A model generated the notes under the pieces. The model was not told the origin of the DNA and searched no databases. It was given only the letters and a program-made list of their open reading frames with translations. The translations under genes were made by a program, and so were the position numbers. Below, piece by piece: positions 1-13,150 of a stretch of 64,000 bases of DNA; position 1 is the stretch's first letter; each line of letters starts with the position of its first letter. The DNA is from a virus: the IMG/VR virus record IMGVR_UViG_3300021399_000004, positions 64,001 to 128,000 of that record; one strand, written 5' to 3'.

Positions 1-2610
1 TTATTAATTAAATTTACTTGCGAGAACACTAATGGCATTAATTCTTATGATATTGTTACCGATACAATTGATACTTTAACAGAAGTTGAATTATTGGGTA
101 TTGATTGGACTGTTACTGATACATCTGTCTTTTAGGCATTATTAACTAAGTATCACGCTGGTTAGTATATTAATATTACTGGTACGGTAAAATTAAATGG
201 TGAAATCGGTACACAAGAATTACAAGAATATTAGACTATTTGGCCACGATTAACTTGGGCTGCTGGTTATAACACTTATACATAGACACATGTAATTTAT
301 AAATATGCTGATACTAGAGATGCTGATACCAATGAAGTTATTACTACTGGTGACACTATTTATGAATGTTATGTACGGAGTGGTTCTGAAGCATTAGTTG
401 ATCCTTGGAACACAGAAGAACAATATCGTTTAATTGAAGCAGCTCCTACTAAAAAGCCAACGATTAAAGAACGTTATATTTTTGGTACAGTTTCTTCTAG
501 TGGCAGATACTCCAATTTCTCAGGTTGGACTCCTGAAGGTGATACTAGGACAATTGCTGAAATTAAGGGAGATAATGATTTTACAGTTAGCGGTGATACT
601 TATAATATTATTGCTACTTTTACTTCTACACCGCAATTATATACTATTCGTTGGTTCTTGTCTTCAGACGATACTAACCCAGTACGTGAAACCAAAGAGC
701 CTTAGGAATATGGCGGAGGCAGTAATATTGTAGCCCCAACTATTAAAGAATTGCGTAATAGTAACTATTCTTTAGTAAAGAATGCCAATTTTAACACAAC
801 TGCAAAAACTGCGACATATAGTATATTTATTGGCTGGGAAAAATCACCTAATAATATTTAGCCAACAGTAATAGGAGAGCCATATGATATTTATGGCCGT
901 TGGCTTACTCGTACTAATATTAATTATAATACCGCAATAAATAGCGATGAATATAGTACAGCAGAAAAGCTTTACTTAATAAGTAATATTCCAGAATTAC
1001 GGAGTTCTGATAAATTTGGTACATATGATTTATTCCCAATTACTTTAGGATACACTCCAATTACGGCTGGGACTAATTTATTACCTAATGGTGTAAGGAA
1101 TTATAATTCTGATACTAGTATTGATAAAACTAGTATTCAACCATTTATGAGTAATAAAGGATTCACATTAGTATTAGATTATAAATTTGATGCGAGATCT
1201 AATAATACAGCACTTGAAGCTGTGCTTGCTTCTTGTACTACTGAAATTAACGGTTCAGAGGTTGGCTTTAAATTATGTTATGATCCGCGCACTGAAGGCG
1301 TAAGTCGTACTCCGTGGATTGGAATCGGCGATATTAAAAAATATGTTGGACATACTTTTGATGCCCGTAATATAGTTGTTATTCGCTATACTACGACAAA
1401 TGATTTAATCGTTTATACTGGTAGTAATGGTACAATTTCTACTAAATTTGCCATTAATACAAGTCAATTTAGTGCAAATTCCACTATTCATTGGGATGCT
1501 AACGCACTTAAATTTAATGCACCATTGGTATTAGGAGGACTTAATAATACTGATGAGACACATATCAACGCTTATGGTACTATATTTTCTGCTATATATT
1601 GGGATGAAGATATTGGCAGAAGCGAATGTGAATCACTTGCTAACTGGTGTTATGAAACTATGACATTTGCTGTATCTGACCATAGTAGTAATAGCGCGCA
1701 TAGTACTTTAGGAGTATCTGGTAATTCTAATAAAACATTTGTTTTACATACTCTAAATAGCTCTAGTATGGGTGCCTTCAAAGAGCCAGAAGCGACTTCT
1801 ACAGAGGCTACCGCTGGCGGAGTAATTGGCTGGGGGACTTCTTCCTTACGCGATTTCTATAATAAACGTGTATTCTCTAGTTTGCCCGCAATTTTATAGT
1901 CAACTATGACATTAACTACAGTTCACTATCGTGAAGCTGTTTATAGTGCTAGTGGATATACAGCTGGATTTAGTATTACTGGGAATGACAGAACGGTTCA
2001 AGATTTTGTTTTCGCTCCTTCTTATCGTGAATTAGCTCCAGCAGAAAATACGGCGAGCTCTTATGGATCTGAAGCTAGGGGGCCACTTCCTTGGTATAAT
2101 TCTAGTACTTTTGAATTTAGAGATGGTTCTACTACTAACTTTGATAAAACACCCGAAGGAGTAGATTACTCTAAATATACAAATATTCGTTTCCCAACGT
2201 TACCGCTTCAACTTGATTCTTCTTCACCACGAAGAGTGATTTTAAATTACTCAATTTCGCGTTCTAGCGCTTACGCTGCATTGCGGGATTAGAGCCTTAC
2301 CCCACGTCGTGGCGATATCTTAATAGCAGTAAAATCTGATAACGGCGAATAGGCGTATATGTTTGTGACTGACGATGATGTCAAAGCCGGAATTACTCTA
2401 GCCTCTGCTACAGATGCTCCGTGTTTAACTCTGCCTACCAATGTAGCCGGTGGCTGGATTAAAAGTGAAAACTGGTGGACACGTTCAGTGCTAGCTTCTA
2501 CTTAGCGAGTTACTTATAAATTTATTCAAACTAGTGCCAATGGTAATATTGGAGAAAATAATTCTGTTAATAATATTGGCAATATTGTTTATAATATCGC
2601 ACTTCTATAA
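1..2610 (+). CDS. Virion/tail structural protein, C-terminal part (5' end outside window), LamG/ConA-like lectin-type region
   Basis: Frame 1 is open from nt 1 to TAA 2608-2610 and is broken only by in-frame TAG (first at 133-135). It fuses track ORFs 1147..1899 and 1906..2292. The next gene has a GGGAGG SD. Confidence 0.7.
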
Positions 2611-2631
2611 TAGTATTGGGAGGTATGTGAT

Positions 2632-3375
2632 ATGAATTATTATAAATTAATTTAGGATAACAATATAATTGGTGTCGCCACCGACGCCAATTTTTTACGC
2701 TTTTAGCCACGTCATCAAGTATTAGAGTATGCTGGCCTTGGATTTGAAGAGTATTTGGGATATAAAGGAGCTTTATATCGTGATAGTTGGATGATGCCAC
2801 TTCAAACAGAAAAATATTCTTTTAATAAAATAAAAATCCATAGTATTGATTAGGCTGAATATGATGCATTACGTGAAGCTTTAGATAAGCACGAAGTGCC
2901 ACAAGAAGTAGAGCCAGAAATACATATTACACCAGAAATTATAGATGAAGAAGCTGAGATGACCATTGACTTCGTTCGCTCCGCAAAACTCTCCGAAATG
3001 TCCCGCACCTGTAATCAAATAATTGAAGCTGGCTTTGATATTACACTTAATGAGGATGTTGAACATTTTTCTTTAACCACTCAAGATCAACTGAACTTAA
3101 TTTCTCTCGGCGCGATGGCCTAGGCTGGTACAGAACCAATTCCGTACCACGCCGATGGCGAAATTTGCCGGTTTTATTCTGCCGCAGAAATGAATCAAAT
3201 TGTTGCCGCGGCGACCGCCTTTAAGATTTATCAAACAACATACTATAATGCGTTAAAGAATTATATCAATTCCTTAGAGACTATTGAAGAAATTTCTGCA
3301 ATAACATATGGAATTGAATTACCTGAAGAATACAAATCTGAAGTTTTAAAGGCTTTAGAAAATGAAAGTAAATGA
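2632..3375 (+). CDS. Tail-fibre-associated protein (DUF4376-like segment), 247 aa
   Basis: SD GGGAGG upstream. Same-frame ORFs 2896..3123 and 3190..3375 are joined across TAG at 2653, 2704, 2851 and 3121. Ends in TGA. Confidence 0.6.
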
Positions 3376-3787
3376 ATGGCTTAAAAATTTCATACTGTTT
3401 CTATTATTTGGTTTAATATACTTTTTAATAGAAACAGTATGGAAGGGCCATTTTACGCATTGGAGTATGTTTATTGTTGGCGGTCTTTGTGGTATGTCTA
3501 TAGGATTAATTAATGAGTATTTCCCTGAGACATTAAAATTTTAGTATTAGTGTTTAATTGGCGCCGCGTTAGTAACCTTAATTGAAGGCTGTAGTGGCGT
3601 TATATTAAATATTATTTTAAAATTAAATATTTGGAATTATAGTAATATGCCGCTAAATTTCTTTTACCAACAATGTTGTATACCATTTTGTTTAGCATGG
3701 GTAGTGCTTGCTGGCGGCTGCATACTGATAGATGATTATATTCGATGGAAATTTTTAGGCGAAGAAAAAGTTAAATATTATTTTTAA
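3362..3787 (+). CDS. Multi-pass membrane protein, 141 aa (holin-like role possible)
   Basis: Track ORF 3362..3544 continues in frame through TAG 3542 and 3548 to TAA 3785-3787. Several hydrophobic segments. Confidence 0.6.
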
Positions 3788-3879
3788 TGCCAAGAAAAAA
3801 ATATATCATGCTTCCCCTTATAATATTACTTTTTATTTAGAAGGGTTTATCCCTAATAAAGAATTAAAAGGAGAATATT

Positions 3880-4029
3880 ATGCTGCAAGAAATTGAATGT
3901 GGTTTTTGTTGGAACAAACGAGACAAGAAAACAATTGAACTTTATTTCTTTGATAGGGCAAATAATATGAGGCCATGTGTCTATTGTCCTATTTGCGGGA
4001 GAAAGATGGAGGATGAGACCAATGAATGA
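3880..4029 (+). CDS. Zinc-ribbon protein, 49 aa
   Basis: SD AAAGGAG 7 nt upstream. CGFC...CPIC motifs. TGA stop. Below the track length cutoff. Confidence 0.55.
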   Translation: MLQEIECGFCWNKRDKKTIELYFFDRANNMRPCVYCPICGRKMEDETNE

Positions 4030-4453
4030 TATGAATAACCCATGGAATTCCCCTATGGGAATGAATATGAATATGAATATGGGCAATAGTCCAATGAATA
4101 TGCGTTTTACTCCGCCCGCACCGAAATATGAAGTTATCAGGGTAAATGGTGAAAACGGTGCTCGTAATTTTAGAATGGCACCAAATAGCAGTATGCTATT
4201 ATTGGATGAGACATAGCCTATCGTTTGGTATGCACAAACAGATGGCGGTGGATTTTTAACTGTAACACCTTTTGATGTTACTCCGCATCAACAAACTCCG
4301 CCGATTGATATTAATAATTTAGCTGAAAGAATAAGCAAACTGGAGGAATATTATGTACAACAATCCAATTCTGGAGCTACAAAACAATCTAAGAAGTAGC
4401 GGCAACCAGTAGCTCAATTAGCAGCAGAGCCAATGGAACTTGGGACCAATTAA
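4013..4453 (+). CDS. Hypothetical protein, 146 aa
   Basis: SD GGAGG before ATG 4013. Extends track ORF 3977..4216 through TAG 4214 and 4397 to TAA 4451-4453. Confidence 0.55.
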
Positions 4454-4475
4454 AAATTTAATGTCTTAGGTTAAA

Positions 4476-4649
4476 ATGGCTTCCAATCCTCAAATGATAG
4501 TAAACTAGTTAATTAATTCTAATTAGAATTTGCGAAATATCCTAGATATTGCGCGCTTAAATAATACTAGTTTAAAAGATATATATTATACTTTAGCGGC
4601 ATAGCGTGGAGTAGATCCCGATGCACTTTTACGAGAGTTAAATAAATAA
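4476..4649 (+). CDS. Hypothetical small protein, 57 aa
   Basis: ATG to TAA frame with 3 in-frame TAG. Fills an otherwise empty gap. No strong SD. Confidence 0.35.
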
Positions 4650-4699
4650 TATTTATATTAATAAATATTATTTAAATATATAAAAGGAGAGTGAGCACT

Positions 4700-5395
4700 A
4701 TGGGCGAAAATGGTTTAACCGCTTCTGATGTGGCACTATTATCCGGTAACAACAATGACGGCTTTGGTAATGGAGGCTGGGGCGGTATGATTTGGCTATT
4801 TGCTATTATTGCTCTTATGAACGGCGGCTGGGGCGGCTTCGGCGGCAACCGCGGCTATCAGCCTCAATATGCAACTCAAGATTTTGTACAGAATGGCTTT
4901 AATTTCAATGATTTGCAATCTCAAAATCGTGACATAATGGGCGCGATTACTAGTGGCGCTGCACAGGCTGTAGCTGCAACAAATCAGGCTAAGTATGATA
5001 ATATTAATGTTGAAAAAGACATTCAAGCGGCCTTAACCGCACAGATTGGCGATGTACGTACTAATCAGATGCAACTATTAGCAAATCAAAATGACTGCTG
5101 CTGCTCTACAAAAATGACGCTAATGGATGGCTTCAACGGCATCAATGCAGGTATTGCTCAAGCTCGTTATGAGAATGCTATGAATACGGCTGCTATTAAT
5201 AACACTACTAACGCCGGAGTACAGAAGATTCTAGATGCAATTACTGGTAATAGAATGGCAGATATGCAGAATCAAATTAACGACCTACAGCTACAGAATG
5301 CTCTCAATGGAGTGGTTCGTTATCCTAACGGCTGGACTTATAATGCTGGTAACAATCCTTTTTGCGGCAATCAATGCTGCGGTATGAACATGTAA
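4700..5395 (+). CDS. Gly/Asn/Cys-rich protein with one hydrophobic segment, 231 aa
   Basis: SD AAAGGAG precedes ATG 4700 (the track ORF starts at 4691). TAA stop followed by a terminator. Confidence 0.7.
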   Translation: MGENGLTASDVALLSGNNNDGFGNGGWGGMIWLFAIIALMNGGWGGFGGNRGYQPQYATQDFVQNGFNFNDLQSQNRDIMGAITSGAAQAVAATNQAKYDNINVEKDIQAALTAQIGDVRTNQMQLLANQNDCCCSTKMTLMDGFNGINAGIAQARYENAMNTAAINNTTNAGVQKILDAITGNRMADMQNQINDLQLQNALNGVVRYPNGWTYNAGNNPFCGNQCCGMNM

Positions 5396-5433
5396 ATTAA
5401 ACGTCGAACACATTCAGTGTGTCTTGTTTAAAA

Positions 5434-5462
5434 ATGGCACCTGGAGAGGTGCCATTTTTTTT
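5434..5462 (+). terminator. Rho-independent terminator
   Basis: Stem ATGGCACC / GGTGCCAT with a 6-nt loop, followed by a T8 run. Confidence 0.75.
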
Positions 5463-5483
5463 ATTATAAAGGAGGAATGTAAC

Positions 5484-5897
5484 ATGCTTCAACTTTATAG
5501 TGACGGTCTAACCGTAGCTGCGGGGGCCGCTATACCACTAAATAATATTACTTTTGCTAAAGGTTCTAGCGCTACACACATGGCGCCAGCAACTATTTCT
5601 TTGAACCAACGAGGCGTTTATTTAGTTAAGGTTGACGCTTATGGAAGCGTTGACGCGGTTGGTGATTTTGGTGTGCAGATAGCCGTTGACGGAGCACCCA
5701 GATTAGATGGTATTAATTTAACAACTGGCGCAGTAGGTGATCTATCTTCTGTGGCTACTCAATGCTTAGTAGTTGTCGAGAAATCTAATTGTCCATGTAA
5801 TTGTACCTCTACTGCGACAACAGTACAAATAATCAATCCTAGCACGGTTGGAGCTACCGGCGCACATTATAATGTAATCGTTTCTAAACTTTGTTAA
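5484..5897 (+). CDS. BclA-C/C1q-like (TNF-like jelly-roll) domain protein, 137 aa
   Basis: SD AAGGAGG 7 nt before ATG 5484 (in frame with track ORF 5424..5897). Fold assignment comes from remembered sequence pattern only. Confidence 0.55.
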   Translation: MLQLYSDGLTVAAGAAIPLNNITFAKGSSATHMAPATISLNQRGVYLVKVDAYGSVDAVGDFGVQIAVDGAPRLDGINLTTGAVGDLSSVATQCLVVVEKSNCPCNCTSTATTVQIINPSTVGATGAHYNVIVSKLC

Positions 5898-5911
5898 AGG
5901 AGGGATGTCGC

Positions 5912-6709
5912 ATGGCTCAAGCAAATTAGGAAGTTCAGGCGCTTTACTCCGAACTCATTGATAGAATGAAGCAAGGTGTAGAAATGCATGAACAATTGGC
6001 TGATTATTATGGCTTTTTGAATTTAGGTGGATATCAGAAATGCCATGAATATTAGATGCTATGTGAATTATTAACATATCGCAAGGCAAAAGATGCTTAC
6101 ATGCGTGAATATAATCAATTAGTGCCACTATATGGAATGGCGCCAATGAATAATAATATGAATAATATGGCCAATATGGCTAATAATAATGGACAAAATA
6201 ATAATAATGCTAATGCCACTTATAATCGTAATATGTATTCTAATGTTATCCCTGCTAATTGGTATCAACATACTCGTTATGATGTTGATGCTAGCACAAA
6301 ACGGCAAGCAGTACGAGATGGCTTTAAGCGCTGGATTGAATATGAGAAGGATACAAAGCAATTTTTACAGAATATGAGTCAACGCTTAGAGCAGGCGAAT
6401 GACCGTGAGGCCGCTCGTAAATTAGATTATTTAATTGATCACGTTGAAGGCGAGATTGAGTGTGCAGAAGAAAAAATGATGGCTCTTGAAAACTCTGGAT
6501 ATGATATGAATTATATCCTACAAGAGCAACCTCAAATGAAGTAGAAGTACGCAGAAAAGATTAAAGAATTAAATATGAAGGATCATCAGTTCCGTCGCCG
6601 CGGTTCTGGTAATTATGCAAACTATAATTATTCTGAATATGATGATGAGTATGATTATAATTATAATCGCTATTATCATAATTATCCAAGTGACTATCGT
6701 AGGTATTAA
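5912..6709 (+). CDS. Hypothetical protein with Asn/Met- and Tyr/Asn-rich tracts, 265 aa
   Basis: SD AAAGGAGGG. Joins ORF 6056..6544 across TAG 5927, 6053 and 6542. Ends at TAA 6707-6709. Confidence 0.6.
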
Positions 6710-6712
6710 TCA

Positions 6713-7084
6713 ATGATTAGATTAATTCAGAGGAGATTGATTATCCCGCGCGGCGACACTGGATCTTTTACCGTACCTACTTTAACAACTGTATCTGCTG
6801 GCGACGTAGCAGTATTTTCAATCTTTGATCGGATTACGAAAACAACCATCTTTGAAAAAATTTTTCCGGCAACCCCAGAAACATTAACGATTAATTTTTT
6901 GCATGAGGATACAGTAGGGTTGGTCCCTGGGAAATACTAGTGGGATATAAAAATTTATGGAAACCCATAGTATGATGATGAAGGAATTTTAATTGGCGGC
7001 GAAAATATTGATTCATATTATTCTGCCTATCGGTTGCCAATTTGTGAAATTAGAGAGGTCGCAGAACATGTTCCGAGAACGTGA
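6713..7084 (+). CDS. Hypothetical structural protein, 123 aa
   Basis: Track ORF 6713..6940 continues through TAG 6938 and 6968 to TGA 7082-7084. Confidence 0.55.
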
Positions 7085-7541
7085 ACGTTTACGGACAAGA
7101 GATTTATTACTTGAGTATGATATGCATATAATGCCGCCAAGACCAAGAGCCGATGGCTTGGCGGTAGCATATCCCTGGGGTAATACAAATTTATTGAATT
7201 AGGAAGATACACATTTGCCGCCGACTCCAACTCCGCAAGAACTAGCCATGTTGTACCCATGGGCTAATACAGCTATAACTATTTTAATGCATTAGTTCTT
7301 TATCGTCGCAGTTAATAATGGTTATATGGGGACTGAAGAAGAATACTTTGCAAGTTTTGGCACATATGTTGGTGACAAATGTATTATATATGGTACAATA
7401 GAAAAGTTCCCGATTGTTGGCTCTAAAGATAAATTATATTTTGATTTAGAGACTAAAATTTTATATTATTGGGAAGATGGATATACGCCAGTAAATGCAA
7501 TGTTAATTGCAGAAACAAAGTTAGATGGAGGTGAGGCATAA
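7068..7541 (+). CDS. Hypothetical tail-associated protein, 157 aa
   Basis: Same-frame ORFs 6993..7202 and 7326..7541 are joined across TAG 7200 and 7293. The KLYFDLETKILYYWEDGY motif recurs in gene 10256..10777. Confidence 0.55.
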
Positions 7542-8245
7542 TGGCCAGTAATAGTGTAAAAGTTACATTATAGATACGTCACGATACTGCTAGTAACTGG
7601 GAGACTAGAAATCCAGTTCTTGCACAAGGTGAATATGGGCTTGAAACTGATACTTTTTTAATTAAGGTCGGTGATGGCGTGCGCGATTGGGAACATTTGC
7701 CTTACTTAAATAAATTAGATGCCTCTTACTTCTAGTGGCTTGAAGATGGAACTGTTACATTTAGTGATAGCTTCATGAATACTATTGCTGCGTTAGAAGC
7801 TGCGGCTGGACAAGCAATTACAAAATTAGAGGTAATAAATCCGCCAGTTAAGGATACAGATGTCCCGAACAAAAAATATGTAGATGATGCAATACGTAAT
7901 GCAGGCCATTTAAAGAGAGCGGTTGTAGAAGTATTACCTTCGGCTGCAGAAGCTGATGAAAATACTTTATATATGATGCTGGCTGGCTCAGGCGATCATT
8001 ATGAAGAATATATGATAATTAATGGAACCTGGGATATGGTTGGCACTACTGGCGATGGAGGAAGCTCTGGCCCATATGAATTGCCCATCGCTACAGAAGC
8101 TCGACTTGGTGGAGTTAAAGCATCATCTTAGGACGGTTTTCTAGCAGTAACAGCAGAAGGATATATGACTTTTAATGGAATTCCAACAACAAAATTATAT
8201 GTTCCCACAGGAGATACTTTTATTATATATGGCGGCAGTGCATAA
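7541..8245 (+). CDS. Tail fibre protein with HylP/Mtd-N-like N-terminal motif, 234 aa
   Basis: ATG overlaps the previous TAA. RHDTASNWETRNPVLAQGEYGLETDT..KVGDGVRDWEHLPY motif. TAG at 7571, 7733 and 8129. Ends at TAA 8243-8245. Confidence 0.7.
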
Positions 8246-8258
8246 GGAGGTGGCGTAA

Positions 8259-10223
8259 ATGGCGGAACATTAGATTGAGACGCGGATATTATTACGCTAC
8301 GATACTTATAGTAACTGGATGAATAGTAATGTAATATTACGACAAGGCGAAGCTGCGATCGCGGCGATCCCTACTCAAAATACATTATATAATACTGGTG
8401 AAATACCAGAAAATACTCCCCCAGCAATTGGTTTAAAAATAGGTGACGGACGACATTATTTTTCAGAATTACCGTGGGTATAGGCAGTAGCTGCGGATGT
8501 TTATAATTGGGCCAAACAATAGACTAAACCTATTTATACTGCTAATGACATCCAAGGACTAGAAAATTATATAAAATAGTTTTTATCTGGCGATGACACA
8601 ACGGTAGAAGCCCGTATGTACCGTATTATACAAGGTACTGGTGATAATGCTAATAAATATTTTTTATAGTCCCGTGGAGCTAATGACAATGATTGGCAAA
8701 CTGATACTGTAAATTATATTGATTTTACTGGATTTGCTAAATTAGTTGCTTGGGTAGGCTCTGATGTAGATAATTTCTTTTCATTAGGTAGTCGTACTCA
8801 GGAGCATATTGAATATGTGTTATCTGGCCTCGATTATAATGATACACCACAAACTGGGCAAGTCGTTACCGCAGTTTCTTAGACTGATGGTAAAATTTCT
8901 GTTTCACGGTAGCAATTAAATTTAAATGAATTAGCTGGTACTCTTGACGTGGCGCATGGCGGCACTGGTAAAACTGAATTGCCATAGAATGAAGTATTAG
9001 TAGGAAATGGCACTAGCGGTGTAAAAAGTATAAGTATTGATAATTTGGTAGAAAATAATGATCAATTAGTATACAACTACGCTGTAAAAGCATACGTGGA
9101 TGCAGCAACTGCTGGTTTAACTGGCGCGATGCATTATATTGGCGAAGCAACTGTAGATATGACTAGTCCTACTAGTTCTACGGTGGACCCACAGATACCC
9201 GGTTATACATTTAAAAATGCTGAATCTGGTGATGTCATTACTTTTAATGCGAAAGAATTTGTATGGACTGGAACAAATTGGCGTTTATTAGGTGATGAAG
9301 GTTCATATGCGGTTAAAGGCTCTATTACTAATGTAGATATCTCTCCCGAGGCTGATATTGATATATCTAAAATTTATAATTTATCTACGCTATTAGATAC
9401 TAAAGTAGATAAAATAGAAGGAAAAACATTAACTTCTAATGATTTTACTACTGAATATAAACAGAAATTAGATGATATAGAAGAAAATGCGTAGCGCAAC
9501 TTAATAGAGCATATTTATATTAATGGAACAGAAGCTATACCTGCAACTATTGAAGGTAAAGCAAATTCTTTATCTATAAGATTAAGCTCTCTTACTCCAG
9601 AAGAAGAAGAAAAACTTCGTGGTATTGAAAGCAGGGCACAAGTTAATCTTATAGAACATATTTTTTTAAATGATACCGAATTACCTATCAAAACAGTAAA
9701 AAATTTATCTAAATCAGTTCAATTAGAATTGATTGAATATACAGAAGAAGAACAATAGAAATTAGCTGCTATTGAAGCAGAAGCCCAAAAGAACATCATA
9801 GAAACAATATCAGTTAATGGAAACAATATTTCTCCTTCTGAAAAAAATATCAATATAGATATTCCAAATTATGAAAATAAAATTGAGGCTATTAAGTTAA
9901 ATGGTACTACTTTAGCTATCGAAGATAAAGCAGTTAATATTCAATTAAGTAAAAGCGCATTAGATTTTACTTTACTTGATGGCGCGAGAGTACCAAATGA
10001 GAATGGAAATAGTTTTGAATCAGTAGATACTGTTACGCAAGAAAATGCACGTATATTAAGTTTAGCTCGCATAGCAAAAACTGGTAGTATTTATGATATT
10101 ACTAATTTAAATAATAAATATAATATTACGACTCCTTCTGCTGAATAGGATTAGGAGGAATATATTATATTAAATTGTGGAACAGCACAAAAATTAATTG
10201 ATAATTTTTCTATAAATAATTAA
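8259..10223 (+). CDS. Tail fibre protein with NLIEHI..NG repeats, 654 aa
   Basis: SD AAGGAGG. Contains track ORF 9045..9494. 12 in-frame TAG and no TAA/TGA before 10221-10223. Confidence 0.75.
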
Positions 10224-10255
10224 ACTTGGCTGAAACCGATGCCAAGGAGGTGTTT

Positions 10256-10777
10256 ATGATGGCATCGAAAACCGTAAACACAAGAATTCAGTTGAAAAAT
10301 GATACTGAAGCACACTGGAAATAGGCCGTAAACTTTACGCCTCTCAAGGGAGAACTCATTATCTATTCATCTGATAATGGTTCTCCCGCTTTTTCTCGTT
10401 TAAAGGTGGGAGATGGGAGTACAAAAGTTAATGATTTGCCTTTTATTGATGCTGGGACGATTAATGGTCTAGAAAATTTTTTAATAAAAGTAAAAAATTA
10501 TAATGCTTTGCCGAATATTGGATCTGATAAATTATTATATTTAGATTTAAGCACTAGTAATATTTATTATTGGGACTCACAGAAGGGCTATGTAAAAGCA
10601 TTTTAGTATAGTTCCGCCACTATTCAACCAGTATAGAGTTGGGATGCCGGAACAATGACTGAGGCTTCTATTAGAAATACTAGTTTAGTTATTACTAATG
10701 GAACAATCCCGAAATTAACTTTAGGGTCACAAATTAATGTAATAACAAACATAGGTGAGGTGAGTAATAATGTCTAA
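10256..10777 (+). CDS. Tail fibre-related protein (HylP-like motif), 173 aa
   Basis: SD AAGGAGG. Contains ORF 10406..10606. TAG at 10322, 10604 and 10634. TAA stop. Confidence 0.65.
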
Positions 10778-13136
10778 TGGATTTATTGGATAGGTTAGTA
10801 TCGGCGATGATGCATATTTAATAGGTTCAACTTTATTCGCGGAATGTAGTACACCAGATAATGCAACAGAATAGGTTTCAAATCCATTAAATAAAGTAGC
10901 CATTTTATAGAGCGGTGCTAGTTATACAGTAGCTAATGGTATCACTATTCACGTTAAATTTGTGCATGCAAATACACATGATGATGACAATTTAAAATTA
11001 ATTATAAATGAGGGTGGAGCTGCAGTCCCTATAATTAACCCTAATGGCGCTAAAACTTGGGCTGCAGGTTCAATAATTAGTTTTACTTATGATCCAAATA
11101 ATGGTAGCCCACAATGGGTTATGAATAGTACTTAGATTGATTTAAGTAATGTAACTATTGATGTCAGCCAATTAAGTAATTTAAGCCTTGGGCAAATCAA
11201 TTCTAATGGCACAATTTCAACTACTGTTTTAAATAACGGTGATACTGCTATTGGTGAACATGATAAAATAGTCATTACTGATTATAGCTCAAATCCTCAA
11301 GGATAGATTACTAGATCTACAATTGAATTTGATGGATCTACTACTACGAAAGCATTAACACCAAAGGGGACCTGGGAAGATTTTAATAATTATAGTTTAC
11401 CATTAGCTACATCTGAGACTCGCGGTGGTATATAGATTGGATATACACAATCAGGGCAAAATTATCCTGTATAGTTAAATAATGAACAAGCATATGTTAA
11501 TGTGCCTTGGACAGATACTGATACTAAAGTTGTTCAAACCGCAAAAACAGATGATATCACTTATAAAATATTATTAGGCGCTAATGCTAACCCTATGAGC
11601 GGGACAGCTTATGAGGCGGCTTATTATACTGGATTAACATTTAATCCTTCTAGTAAAACTTTAAGTATTTCTGATGGTACGACTACTGGTACTTTAACCG
11701 CAACCCAATATAGCGGTACAGCCGCACAAGCAAACGCGGTTGCATGGATAGGTGTCAGTGATAAACCGAACACACTAAGTGGATATGGTATTACAGATGC
11801 AAAAATTAGTGATAATAAAATTATATTAGGAAGTAATGAAATTACACCTGTTACTAGCGTAAATGGGCATTCAGGTTCTTCAGTTACCGTTACTGCTTCT
11901 GATCTTGGATTAGAAAAAGCATTACATTTTGTTGGAGAAACTTCAACATCTATTATTGATAATGCTACAACTTCACCGATAACTATTAATAGTACTAATT
12001 ATACTCCTGCATAGGGAGACGTCGTTTTATATTCTGGAGATGAATTTCTTTGGAACGGCGAACGATGGGACTTATTAGGTAATGCAAGTTCATTTAAAAT
12101 TGTTTAGACTGCTATTACAGATAATACAGGGAGCGCAGATAGTACAAATACTTCAAATTCTTTTATCTATTCTTTTTCTCAAACTGCTAACGGAGAAGTA
12201 AGTGTAAAAACCAGAACGTTACCAATAGCTTCTACTAGTCAATAGGGTATTGTATAGATTGCTAGCGGTGGCGCACTTACAATTACCGATGGAACTTTAA
12301 CACATAGTACTTCTGCAGGATATAAGCACGTCCCATCTGGCGGCTCTAGTGGACAATTTTTAGGATGGAATTCTGCTGGTACTGCTAAATGGGTAGATAA
12401 TCCTAACACACATTTTGTTAGTAAATTAATTGCTGGACAAAGTACTTCAACAGATAATACAGCAGTAACAAGTGGAAATGTTTATTTACATTTATTTGAC
12501 GACACTACTTTACGATCTAGTATCTAGCTTAAAGGCGACAAAGGTATTTCAATTACTAATAGTGTAACAAATAGTAACAGTACTATTACTATTGCGCACT
12601 CTAATAGTGTTACTGCAAAGACTGAGGCTGCCTAGTCTGCAAAAACGCTTGCTTGGGATGAAACTTTTACAATTTATGAAGAAAAGTATGATACATAGGG
12701 GCATATTACAGGGGTAGCAAGTTATAATATGACGATGCCCTCTAATCCAAATTACACTGCGCGATTAATTAAACGGACATCGCGTGTAACAACACTTACT
12801 AGAGAAGCTACTACTAATGAAAATACATATTTTAATTTAGTTGAAAATGGAACAATTAGAGATTCTTATCAATTTAAAGGTGATACTATTATTAGTGTAA
12901 CTAGCACTGCTGGCAGTAATTCTGCTGCCGGTATAGTAACAATATCTGCCACTGCCTTTTCGGGAGCGACTGCGGAAAATGGTGGTATAGCTGGTTATCT
13001 TAGCGCACCAACCGCTGGTAGTTAGGGGAAATTTTTACAAGGCAGCGGAGACTGGAAGACTTTAAGTATTCCAACTATTGCTACTGTAAATGATGGAATA
13101 TTAACAATTACAAATGTTTCTTTATCAGCAACTTAA
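10770..13136 (+). CDS. Tail fibre protein, 788 aa
   Basis: Joins same-frame ORFs 11502..12014 and 12729..13025. About 15 in-frame TAG. Ends at TAA 13134-13136. Confidence 0.75.
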
Positions 13137-13150
13137 GGGGGGCGAATTAA

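Noticed and set aside
434-733. Off-frame or antisense track ORFs inside the late genes, for example 434..733, 2567..2800, 4796..5026, 6128..6361, 13156..13407, 15028..15225, 19181..19438 and 23930..24251.
   Set aside because: Each lies inside a longer TAG-containing frame with protein-like sequence. Their own translations are low-complexity or hydrophobic nonsense without an SD.
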